Positions 1 through 7,768 of a stretch of DNA of 23,607 bases are shown in pieces. The notes under the pieces are model-generated. The model saw only the letters and a program-made list of their open reading frames with translations, was not told the origin of the DNA and made no database searches. How positions within the stretch are numbered: the stretch's first letter is position 1; every line of letters starts with the position of its first letter. Made by a program: the position numbers and the translations under genes. The stretch is from NCBI RefSeq assembly GCF_042654765.1, contig NZ_JBHSEW010000020.1:1-23607 (forward strand), read 5' to 3'. The DNA is from Comamonas nitrativorans. GTDB taxonomy: Bacteria > Pseudomonadota > Gammaproteobacteria > Burkholderiales > Burkholderiaceae_C.

Positions 1-117
1 CTCTCGCGGGACTATGAGCGACTGCCCGAAGTGCTCGGCGGGCTGCATTTCCTAGTCTTTGCGGTACTCATGTTGCCTGCCGCCGTACGGGTACTGGCTG
101 GTGCGGGAAGTTCATAA
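1..117 (+). mobile_element. 3' end of an IS5-family (DDE) transposase gene, truncated by the window edge
   Basis: Frame 1 reads LSRDYERLPEVLGGLHFLVFAVLMLPAAVRVLAGAGSS, followed by TAA at 115-117. The RDYERLPE..L.GLHF..FA.LML tail matches the C-terminus of IS5-family transposases as I recall it. The right end of the IS cannot be placed without the left end. The only candidate boundaries are CTAG at 124-127 and CCTTCC at 285-290. Confidence 0.55.
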
Positions 118-380
118 CACGCTCTAGGGGTTTGCCGCATACGTGATTGCACGTAATTCGCCCGGAAAAATGACGCCCGGCGAAAAATCCAAGGGTTACC
201 CCTGGACTATGCCGATGCGCAACTATCACCGACTTGACAAATCCGGAAGAAAAAGTCGCCAGTCGGACAAAGATTGCAGAAAATCCTTCCTGAATACTCG
301 GATTTGTCGCGGTGCCCCAAGTCAGTTTCCAGTAATGTAACGTTTTGCAATGCATTCCGTTGTTGCTGGAGAGCGTGACG

Positions 381-1985
381 ATGAATATCAATAATCTGAA
401 AATCGGTACCAAACTTTCAATTGGTTTTGGTTTGATGGCCGTTCTTTTGTTTCTCATCAGTGCAACTTCGTTGTGGAAGGCGAAAAACCTGCACGATGAT
501 TTTGAATCGGTCATGCAAAAGCAATATCCCAAGGTCGTCAAGATCGAGGAAATCAAGGATTTGCTCAACACGAACGAAGTCTCCATCAGCCACATGCTGC
601 ACTACAAGGAGAGTGCCAGCCACGAGGATTTGATCGAGAAAGTATTGGCAACCCGCAAGAAAATAGCCGACGCATTGCATTTTCTTGAAACCCAGGACAT
701 GAACGAGGAAGAGGCGCAGATTCTGGAAGCCTTCAAAGGGCCACGGCTTCGCTATATCGAGGCCCAGGATCATTACATAGCGCTGGTGCGGGAAAATCGC
801 CTGGACGATGCCTTGTTTCTGCTGATTCTGGAAATGCCGACCAAGCGCGACGAATACCACGCTTCTTTGAAAGACCTGGTGGATGTGCAGAACCGGCTGA
901 TGAACCGGTCGGTGGAAGTGGCCAAAACCTCGGTCAACGACATGTACTGGATGATTGGCGGCGTGACGGTGGCCGTCCTGATTGGCGCGACGCTGCTGTC
1001 GATGTGGATCATCCGTAGCATTACCCAGCCGATTGCCACCGCCATGCGCGTGGCCGATGCGGTGGCCGACGGCAAGCTCACGCAGAACATTACTGCCGCT
1101 GGCCGCAGCGAGACGGCCCGCCTGCTGCTGTCGCTCAAGCAGATGCAGGCCGGGCTGGTGCAGGTGGTGGGGCGGGTGCGCCAGGGTTCGGAGGGCATTG
1201 CCACGGCCAGTGCGCAGATTTCGCAAAGCAACCAGGACTTGTCGGCCCGCACCGAGCACCAGGCCAGCGCCCTGCAGCAGACCACGGCGACGATGGAGCA
1301 GCTCAACGCCACCGTGCGCCAGAACGCCGCCAGCGCCCAGCAGGCGAACCAGCTGTCGCAAAAAGCCCGTCAGGTAGCGACCCAGGGCGGCGAGGCGATG
1401 GAATCGGTGGTGCGCACCATGCAGCAGATCCAGACCAGCGCCGGCCGCATCGGCGACATCATCGGGGTGATCGACGCGATTGCCTTCCAGACGAACATCC
1501 TGGCGCTGAACGCCGCCGTCGAAGCCGCGCGGGCCGGCGAGCAGGGCCGGGGCTTTGCCGTGGTGGCCAGCGAGGTGCGGGCCCTGGCCGGGCGCAGCGC
1601 CGATGCGGCCCGGGAGATCAAGCAGCTCATCCACTCCAGCATGGACAGCGTGCAGGCCGGAACGCAGGAGGTCGATCAGACCGGCCAGATCATGGCCGAA
1701 GTGGTGCAGTCCATCGCCCAGGTGGCGCAGATCATGGAAGAAATCACCGCCGCCAGCAGCGAACAGAGCCAGGGCGTGGCGCAGGTCAACCAGTCCGTCG
1801 TGCAGATGGACCAGGCCACCCAGCAGAACGCTGCTTTGGTGGAAGAAATGGCCGCTGCCGCCCTGAGCCTGAGCCAGCAGGCCCAGGAACTGGTGCACAC
1901 CGTGGCGGTGTTCGATCTGGGCAATGCCGCCGTGCCGGCCCAGGCGGCCAACGAGGGCGAGGGGGTTCTGGCGCTATCGGCCTGA
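381..1985 (+). CDS. Methyl-accepting chemotaxis protein with TM1, a helical periplasmic sensor, TM2, a HAMP domain and a signalling domain
   Basis: ATG at 381 lies 7 nt after GGAGAG and gives the typical MCP start [24 protein letters not shown] second TM helix ([21 protein letters not shown]) is followed by a HAMP-like segment ([22 protein letters not shown]). The conserved hairpin core is present ([43 protein letters not shown]). The ORF-track start at 345 is a less likely upstream extension. Confidence 0.9.
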   Translation: MNINNLKIGTKLSIGFGLMAVLLFLISATSLWKAKNLHDDFESVMQKQYPKVVKIEEIKDLLNTNEVSISHMLHYKESASHEDLIEKVLATRKKIADALHFLETQDMNEEEAQILEAFKGPRLRYIEAQDHYIALVRENRLDDALFLLILEMPTKRDEYHASLKDLVDVQNRLMNRSVEVAKTSVNDMYWMIGGVTVAVLIGATLLSMWIIRSITQPIATAMRVADAVADGKLTQNITAAGRSETARLLLSLKQMQAGLVQVVGRVRQGSEGIATASAQISQSNQDLSARTEHQASALQQTTATMEQLNATVRQNAASAQQANQLSQKARQVATQGGEAMESVVRTMQQIQTSAGRIGDIIGVIDAIAFQTNILALNAAVEAARAGEQGRGFAVVASEVRALAGRSADAAREIKQLIHSSMDSVQAGTQEVDQTGQIMAEVVQSIAQVAQIMEEITAASSEQSQGVAQVNQSVVQMDQATQQNAALVEEMAAAALSLSQQAQELVHTVAVFDLGNAAVPAQAANEGEGVLALSA

Positions 1986-2004
1986 GAACCTGTTCACGAT
2001 CTTT

Positions 2005-2022
2005 CACCCGCCTGCGCGGGTG
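2005..2022. terminator. Short GC hairpin between the convergent MCP and upp genes, a possible weak bidirectional terminator
   Basis: CACCCGC-ctgc-GCGGGTG forms a 7-bp perfect stem between stop codons at 1985 (+) and 2032 (-). There is no clear U-run on either strand. Confidence 0.3.
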
Positions 2023-2031
2023 TGACGGAAC

Positions 2032-2664
2032 CTACTTGGTGCCGAAAATCCGGTCGCCCGCATCGCCCAGGCCGGGCAGGATGTAGCCGTGGTCGTTGAG
2101 CTGGCGGTCGATGGCAGCGGTGTAGATGTCCACGTCCGGGTGGGCGGCCTGCAGGGTGGCGATGCCCTCGGGCGCGGCCAGCAGGCACATGAACTTGATG
2201 CTCTTGGGCTGGCTGCGGTTTTTCAGGTGGGTGACGGCGGCGGCGGCCGAGTTGCCCGTGGCCAGCATGGGGTCGACGACGATGGCGTCGCGCTCGCACA
2301 TCTTCTCGGGCATCTTGTAGTAGTACTCCACCGGCTGCAGCGTTTGCGGGTCGCGGAACAGCCCGATGTGGCCGATGCGCGAACCCGGCACGACGTTGAG
2401 CATCCCGTCCAGAAAGCCGTTGCCGGCCCGCAGGATGGACACCAGCACCAGCTTTTTGCCGTCGATGACCTTGCCGGTGGTGGTCTCCAGCGGGGTTTCG
2501 ATCTCGATCTCCTGCAGCGGCATGTCGCGCGTCAACTCGTAGGCCATCAGGGTGGACAGTTCGCCCAGCATCCGCCGGAAGCTGTTGGTGCTGGCCTCCT
2601 TGCGGCGCATCAGGGTCAGTTTGTGCTGGACGAGGGGGTGGTCGATCAGGTGAACAGTGCTCAT
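2032..2664 (-). CDS. upp: Uracil phosphoribosyltransferase
   Basis: The 210-aa product begins [25 protein letters not shown]. It contains [13 protein letters not shown], the PRPP-binding loop [12 protein letters not shown] and the C-terminal [17 protein letters not shown]. This is a full-length match to the Upp family. Confidence 0.95.
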   Translation of the reverse strand: MSTVHLIDHPLVQHKLTLMRRKEASTNSFRRMLGELSTLMAYELTRDMPLQEIEIETPLETTTGKVIDGKKLVLVSILRAGNGFLDGMLNVVPGSRIGHIGLFRDPQTLQPVEYYYKMPEKMCERDAIVVDPMLATGNSAAAAVTHLKNRSQPKSIKFMCLLAAPEGIATLQAAHPDVDIYTAAIDRQLNDHGYILPGLGDAGDRIFGTK

Positions 2665-2679
2665 GGGAAGTGGATTTTC

Positions 2680-4134
2680 TTAATCGTCAAAGGCCTGCAC
2701 GCTGGCGGCCAGGCGTTCGGTCTGCTCGCGCAGACTGGTGGCCGCAGCGTTGGATTGTTCGGCCAGGGCGGCATTTTGCGCCATGCTGGTTTCCAGATTT
2801 TCGATGGCGCCGGAAATCTGCGCCATGCTGGTGCTTTGTTCGCGCGTGGCGGTGACGATTTCGTGCATGTGCCGGGCGGCAGCCTTGCTGTCTCTCAGCA
2901 GCTCCTGCATCACTTGCAGCGCCCGGCTGCTGAACGCCACGCCCTGGGCCACGTTGTCTGCGGAGGTCTGCGTGAGTGCCCGGATTTCCTTGGCCGCATC
3001 GGCGCTGCGCAGCGCCAGGCGGCGCACCTCCTCGGCCACCACGGCAAAGCCGCGGCCCTGCTCGCCGGCGCGGGCCGCTTCCACGGCGGCGTTCAGCGCC
3101 AGCAGATTGGTCTGGAAGGCCAGGCTATCGACGACGGCGACAATTTCGGCAATTTGTTTGGCCTGAACGTCGATGCTGCCCATGCTGTCGACCACCTGCT
3201 GCACCATGGTCGTGCCGGACTGCGCGATTTGCGCTGCCGATGAGGTCAGCGCATCGGCCTGTCCGGCCAGGTCACGGGTCTGCTCCACGGCCTGGAGCAC
3301 CTGGCTGGCTGTGCCCATGGTGGCGGCCAGGGCACTGCTGGCCGCTTCGGTGCGGGCGGACAAATCCAGGCTGCCGTCGGCAATTTCCGTGCCTGCCGTC
3401 TGCACCTGGCCGACGGTATTGCGCACGGTTTGCACCGTGTCGTGCAGGTGCAGGAACAGCGTCTGCAGTTGTCGGCCCAGGGCGGTGTGCAGGGGCAGGT
3501 GGCCGACGTTGAGGCTGAAGCGCCCGTTGTGCTGCACCGCTTCGACCAGAGCCTGCAGCTCCGCCCCCTGGCGGAAGGCCAGTGACATGCGCATCAGGAT
3601 GAAGATTTCCGTGCCCGTCTGCACGATGACGTAGACCGCGTGCAGCCAGATACGTACAAAGCTGGGCTGCGGCATGCAGTACAGGCCAAAGCCCCAGGCC
3701 TGCAGACGGTCGAACAGCAGGTGGTGCACGGCAAACAGCACGGCGTTGGCCAGCACCACGCGCCAGTCGCGGTACACCATGACCAGGGCCAGCACCACGA
3801 AAACGCCAAAGTGAAATTCCAGCATCCCCAGGGATACCTGGATATGCAGCACCACCGTCAGGGCGAGCAGCATCGTCAGGCCATAGCGCGTGAGGGCGCT
3901 GCCGCGTGCCACGGCAAACAGCACCACCCCGGTCAGCGCCAGGGGGCTGCCCCACAGCAGGGCGATGGCGATGTCCGAATACAGCCAGCCGACGGGCAGC
4001 GCCAGCAGGCAGGAGATGAGCAGCAGGCACAGCATCAGCGCATCGGCCTGGTAGCCGACGGCTTGGTGCGTCTCGGGGATGGTTTTATGCGCACGGCTTG
4101 GGCGTGGCGAACCGGAAAGGGCAGGCAAGGGCAT
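2680..4134 (-). CDS. Methyl-accepting chemotaxis protein with an N-terminal six-helix membrane-embedded domain and no periplasmic ligand-binding domain or obvious HAMP
   Basis: The C-terminal half has the MCP hairpin core [43 protein letters not shown]. The N-terminal ~190 aa form about six hydrophobic helices with very short loops. The start is uncertain: ATG at 4134 (MPLPALSG...) or TTG at 4149 as in the ORF track. Neither has a Shine-Dalgarno sequence. The stop lies 15 bp upstream of the upp start. Confidence 0.85.
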   Translation of the reverse strand: MPLPALSGSPRPSRAHKTIPETHQAVGYQADALMLCLLLISCLLALPVGWLYSDIAIALLWGSPLALTGVVLFAVARGSALTRYGLTMLLALTVVLHIQVSLGMLEFHFGVFVVLALVMVYRDWRVVLANAVLFAVHHLLFDRLQAWGFGLYCMPQPSFVRIWLHAVYVIVQTGTEIFILMRMSLAFRQGAELQALVEAVQHNGRFSLNVGHLPLHTALGRQLQTLFLHLHDTVQTVRNTVGQVQTAGTEIADGSLDLSARTEAASSALAATMGTASQVLQAVEQTRDLAGQADALTSSAAQIAQSGTTMVQQVVDSMGSIDVQAKQIAEIVAVVDSLAFQTNLLALNAAVEAARAGEQGRGFAVVAEEVRRLALRSADAAKEIRALTQTSADNVAQGVAFSSRALQVMQELLRDSKAAARHMHEIVTATREQSTSMAQISGAIENLETSMAQNAALAEQSNAAATSLREQTERLAASVQAFDD

Positions 4135-4208
4135 GAAAGCTGAAGTCAAAAAAATAGCCCAGCCGGGTGGCGGGGCAAAACGAACGGGTGTGCCGGGATT
4201 TTAGTAAC

Positions 4209-4251
4209 AAAAAGAAAAAACGCTTGCAAAGTTTTGAAACTCTACAAGCGT
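4209..4251 (-). terminator. Rho-independent terminator downstream of the prpB-like gene
   Basis: On the minus strand ACGCTTGTAGAGTT-tcaa-AACTTTGCAAGCGT forms a 14-bp stem (12 Watson-Crick pairs plus 2 G-U) at 4220-4251. It is followed by TTTTTTCTTT (plus-strand A-run 4211-4220). It lies 28 bp after the stop at 4279. Confidence 0.7.
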
Positions 4252-4278
4252 TGTTGGCCTTGGGGGCTGCTGCGTGCG

Positions 4279-5142
4279 TTACTGGTATTTTTTCTCTAGG
4301 GCGTCCCAGATCGGCTTGTTCACCAGGCGCTGGCGCTCGGCAAACGGGGCGACCAGGTTCGGGTCTTCCTGGATGTGGCCTTCGGCTTTCAGCACGCCCA
4401 ATGCGCGTTGCATCCCGGCGACGGCGCCTTGCAGGGCGGCGTTGGCGTACAGGACGATGCCGTAGCCCATCCGCGCCAGTTCTGCCGTGTTGGTGATGGG
4501 CGTTTTGCCGCCGATCACCATGTTCATCAGCTGGGGCGTTTTCAGGCGCTGGGGCAGGGCGGCGATGTGCTCGGCGCTGGTGACGGCCTCGACGAACAGC
4601 AGGTCGGCACCGGCATCGGCGTACTGCTGGGCACGTTCGACGGCGGCATCGAAGCCGTGGATGGCGGCGGCATCGGTGCGGGCCATGATGATGGTGTCGC
4701 TGTTACGGCGGGCATCGCACGCGGCCTTGATTTTGCCGATCATCTCGCTGGCTTCGATCACTTCCTTGCCGTTGAAGTGGCCGCAGCGCTTGGGGCTGAC
4801 CTGGTCTTCGAGCTGGATGCAGTCGGCCCCGGCACGCTCCAGGGTGCGCACGGCGTGGTAGGTGTTCAGGGCGTTGCCGAAGCCGGTGTCGGCATCGACG
4901 ATCAGGGGCACGTCCACCGCTTCGCGGATGCGGGCGGTGTGGTCGGCGATGTCGGTCAGGCCCATGAAGCCCTGGTCAGGCAGGCCGAACCACATGTTGG
5001 TCACGCCGGCGCCGGTGACGTAGATGGCTTCAAAGCCCATGTCGGCCACCAGGCGGGCGGACATGGCGTTGAACGCGCCGGGCACGATCACGCCCCGGCG
5101 CTGGGCGATCAGGGCACGCAGTTGTTGTTGGGTGGTGGTCAT
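4279..5142 (-). CDS. prpB: Isocitrate lyase/PEP mutase superfamily lyase, probable 2-methylisocitrate lyase (PrpB-like but divergent)
   Basis: ATG at 5142 follows AAGGA and gives MTTTQQQLRALIAQRRG. The product is colinear with PrpB: IVPGAFNAMSARL, LIVDADTGFG, the catalytic-loop signature EDQVSPKRCGH, and IMARTDA. The function is inferred from family membership and prp context. The C-terminal third differs from enterobacterial PrpB (see findings). Confidence 0.72.
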   Translation of the reverse strand: MTTTQQQLRALIAQRRGVIVPGAFNAMSARLVADMGFEAIYVTGAGVTNMWFGLPDQGFMGLTDIADHTARIREAVDVPLIVDADTGFGNALNTYHAVRTLERAGADCIQLEDQVSPKRCGHFNGKEVIEASEMIGKIKAACDARRNSDTIIMARTDAAAIHGFDAAVERAQQYADAGADLLFVEAVTSAEHIAALPQRLKTPQLMNMVIGGKTPITNTAELARMGYGIVLYANAALQGAVAGMQRALGVLKAEGHIQEDPNLVAPFAERQRLVNKPIWDALEKKYQ

Positions 5143-5154
5143 GGCAGTCCTTTG

Positions 5155-5194
5155 CAAAAGAAAAAAGCTGGCGCGAAGCATCGAGGGCCAGCTT
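5155..5194 (-). terminator. Terminator-like hairpin with a U-run inside the prpC/prpB-like spacer
   Basis: On the minus strand AAGCTGGC-(14 nt loop)-GCCAGCTT forms an 8-bp perfect stem at 5165-5194. It is followed directly by TTTTTTCTTTTG and ends about 12 nt before the prpB-like start codon. Confidence 0.5.
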
Positions 5195-5294
5195 TCATGG
5201 TTTGGATAGCTGCTTGCGCTGTCTGAATAAGGATTCCAGCATGTTTTGATACTGAAATCGTTTATTCATATGCGTTAGCAGCTATGGTGGATGA

Positions 5295-6452
5295 TTACTT
5301 GCGCTCGTCGATGGGCACGAACTTCAGGTCGTCCGGGCCGGTGTAGTTGGCGCTGGGGCGGATGATCTTGTTGTCCACGCGCTGCTCGATGATGTGCGCG
5401 GCCCAGCCGCTGGTGCGGGCGATGACGAACAGGGGGGTGAACATGGCGGTGGGCACCTGCATCATGTGGTAGCTGACGGCGCTGAACCAGTCCAGGTTGG
5501 GGAACATTTTTTTCACTTCCCACATGACCGATTCCAGGCGCTCGGCGATGTCGTACATCTTGGTGGAACCGGCTTCGTCCGACAGCTTTTTCGCCACGCC
5601 CTTGATGACCACGTTGCGCGGGTCGCTGATGGTGTAGACGGGGTGGCCGAAGCCGATGACCACTTCCTTGCGTTCCACGCGGGCGCGGATGTCGGCCTCG
5701 GCCTCGTCCGGGTTGTCGTAGCGCTTCTGGATTTCAAAGGCCACCTCGTTGGCGCCGCCGTGTTTGGGGCCGCGCAGGGCGCCGATGGCGCCGGTGATAG
5801 CCGAATACATGTCGCTGCCCGTCCCAGCAATCACGCGCGAGGTGAAGGTGGAGGCGTTGAACTCATGCTCGGCGTACAGGTTCAGCGAGATGTTCATCGC
5901 ATCCACCCAGCTTTGCGCGGGCTTCTGGCCGTGCAGCAGGTGCAGGAAGTGGCCGCCGATGGTGTCGTCGTCGGTTTCCACCTCGATGCGCTTGCCGTTG
6001 TGGCTGAAGTGGTACCAGTACAGCAGCATGGAACCCAGCGAGGCCATCAGGCGGTCGGCAATGTCGCGGGCACCGGCCAGGTTGTGGTCGTCTTTTTCAG
6101 GCAGGGCGCAGCCCAGCACCGATACGCCGGTGCGCATCACGTCCATCGGGTGGCTGGCGGCGGGCAGCTGCTCCAGCGCGGCTTTGACGTTGGCGGGCAG
6201 GCCGCGCAGGGCCTTGAGCTTGTCCTTGTAGCCTTTCAGCTCGGCGCGGGTGGGCAGCTTGCCATGCACCAGCAGGTGGGCCACTTCTTCAAACTCGCAC
6301 TGGTCGGCCAGCTCCAGAATGTCGTAGCCACGGTAGTGCAGGTCGTTGCCGGTCTTGCCGACGGTGCACAGCGCGGTGTTGCCGGCGGTCACGCCGGACA
6401 GGGCCACGGACTTTTTGGGCTTGAAGGTGGGGGCTGCTTGTTCAGTCGTCAT
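5295..6452 (-). CDS. prpC: 2-methylcitrate synthase
   Basis: The 385-aa product is nearly colinear with E. coli PrpC as I recall it: [95 protein letters not shown] and [16 protein letters not shown] lies 7 nt upstream of the ATG. Confidence 0.93.
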   Translation of the reverse strand: MTTEQAAPTFKPKKSVALSGVTAGNTALCTVGKTGNDLHYRGYDILELADQCEFEEVAHLLVHGKLPTRAELKGYKDKLKALRGLPANVKAALEQLPAASHPMDVMRTGVSVLGCALPEKDDHNLAGARDIADRLMASLGSMLLYWYHFSHNGKRIEVETDDDTIGGHFLHLLHGQKPAQSWVDAMNISLNLYAEHEFNASTFTSRVIAGTGSDMYSAITGAIGALRGPKHGGANEVAFEIQKRYDNPDEAEADIRARVERKEVVIGFGHPVYTISDPRNVVIKGVAKKLSDEAGSTKMYDIAERLESVMWEVKKMFPNLDWFSAVSYHMMQVPTAMFTPLFVIARTSGWAAHIIEQRVDNKIIRPSANYTGPDDLKFVPIDERK

Positions 6453-6498
6453 CGTGTCGCTCCTTGGAATGAAAAAGGGAAAGGGAAAAAAGAAGGGG

Positions 6499-7689
6499 TT
6501 ATTCGAGGGTTTCGGCGGGCACGCGCACCCAGCCTTCCATCAGGATGCGGGCGCTGCGGCTCATCACCGCCTTGGTCACCTGCCATTGGCCATCGACCTG
6601 TTGGGCTTGTGCGCCCACGCGCAGCGTGCCCGAGGGGTGGCCAAAGCGCACCGCCTCCCGCTCGCCGCCGCCGGCGGCCAGATTGACCAGCGTGCCGGGG
6701 ATGGCCGCTGCCGTGCCGATGGCCACGGCGCAGGTGCCCATCATGGCGTGGTGCAGCTTGCCCATCGACAGGGCGCGAACCAGCAAATCGACATCTGCCG
6801 CGTCAATCGCCTTGCCGCTGGAGGCGGTGTAGCTTTTGGGCGGGCTGACAAAGGCGATCTTGGGCGTGTGCTGGCGCTTCAGGGCTTCTTCCGGCGTCTG
6901 GATCAGGCCCATGCGCAGGGCACCGGCGACGCGGATTTTTTCAAAGCGTTCCAGTTGTGCGGGGTCGTTGTTGATGTCCTCGCGCAGCTCGGTGCCCTGG
7001 TAGCCGATGTCGGCCGCGTTCACGAACACGGTGGGAATACCGGCGCTGATCATGGTGGCGGGGAAGCTGCCGACGCCCGGCACCTCCAGCGTATCGACGA
7101 GGTTGCCGGTGGGGAACATCGCGCCGCCATCGTCGCCGTCGTCGGACGGGTCCATGAACTCCAGCACGATCTCGGCAGCGGGGAAGGTCACGCCGTCCAG
7201 CTCGAAGTCGCCGGTTTCCTGCACCTGCCCGTTGGTGATCGGCACGTGGGCAATGATGGTCTTGCCGATGTTGGCCTGCCAGATACGCACCACGCAGGTG
7301 CCGTTGTCTGGAATGCGGCTGGCATCGACCAGCCCGGCATGGATGGCAAACGCCCCGGCGGCGGTGGACAGGTTGCCGCAGTTGCCGCTCCAGTCCACGA
7401 AGTCGGTGTTGATCGACACCTGGCCGTAGAGGTAGTCCACGTCGTGTTCCGGGCGCTCGCTTTTGGACAGGATCACACACTTGCTGGTGCTGGACGTGGC
7501 CCCGCCCATGCCGTCGATGTGGGCGCTGTAGGGGTCGGGGCTGCCGATGACGCGCTGGAACAGCTTGTCCCGGGCGGGGCCCGGCACCTGGCAGCTGGCC
7601 GGTAAATCGCTCAGGCGGAAGAACACGCCCTTGCTGGTGCCGCCACGGATGTAGGTGGCGGGGATGCGGATTTGCGCAGTGTTGCTCAT
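6499..7689 (-). CDS. prpF: 2-methylaconitate cis-trans isomerase
   Basis: The 396-aa product starts [24 protein letters not shown], typical of PrpF. It sits immediately downstream of acnD, the usual pairing. Confidence 0.9.
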   Translation of the reverse strand: MSNTAQIRIPATYIRGGTSKGVFFRLSDLPASCQVPGPARDKLFQRVIGSPDPYSAHIDGMGGATSSTSKCVILSKSERPEHDVDYLYGQVSINTDFVDWSGNCGNLSTAAGAFAIHAGLVDASRIPDNGTCVVRIWQANIGKTIIAHVPITNGQVQETGDFELDGVTFPAAEIVLEFMDPSDDGDDGGAMFPTGNLVDTLEVPGVGSFPATMISAGIPTVFVNAADIGYQGTELREDINNDPAQLERFEKIRVAGALRMGLIQTPEEALKRQHTPKIAFVSPPKSYTASSGKAIDAADVDLLVRALSMGKLHHAMMGTCAVAIGTAAAIPGTLVNLAAGGGEREAVRFGHPSGTLRVGAQAQQVDGQWQVTKAVMSRSARILMEGWVRVPAETLE

Positions 7690-7768
7690 GCTTTGCTCAA
7701 TCTTTGGTAGCTTGTACCGCTGGTGAATAAAGGTTTTCAGATGGATTCATTCCTGAATATGGCTTTAA

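Noticed and set aside
68-595. A 175-aa minus-strand ORF and a 65-aa plus-strand ORF (143-340) lie in the region between the IS fragment and the first MCP.
   Set aside because: Neither has a ribosome-binding site or a recognisable motif. They overlap the transposase tail, the MCP promoter region and the MCP N-terminus. This region is more plausibly IS-end and promoter DNA.
1480-3130. An inverted pair of roughly 150-bp similar segments flanks upp: the signalling-domain cores of the two MCP genes on opposite strands.
   Set aside because: The similarity is explained by the universally conserved MCP hairpin region (…[35 protein letters not shown]…). The nucleotide match is imperfect, and nothing indicates a mobile or invertible element.
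5195-5269. A 24-codon ORF (MNKRFQYQNMLESLFRQRKQLSKP) in the prpC/prpB-like spacer, considered as a feature in its own right.
   Set aside because: It has no Shine-Dalgarno sequence and is very short and AT-rich, so it could easily arise by chance. It is mentioned only as part of the spacer finding and is not called as a gene.
6453-6498. A purine-rich run on the plus strand (AAAAAGGGAAAGGGAAAAAAGAAGGGG), which is a pyrimidine tract on the coding strand, lies between prpF and prpC.
   Set aside because: It is a simple low-complexity spacer immediately before a normal AAGGAG ribosome-binding site. It has no repeat unit or secondary structure that would suggest a specific function.
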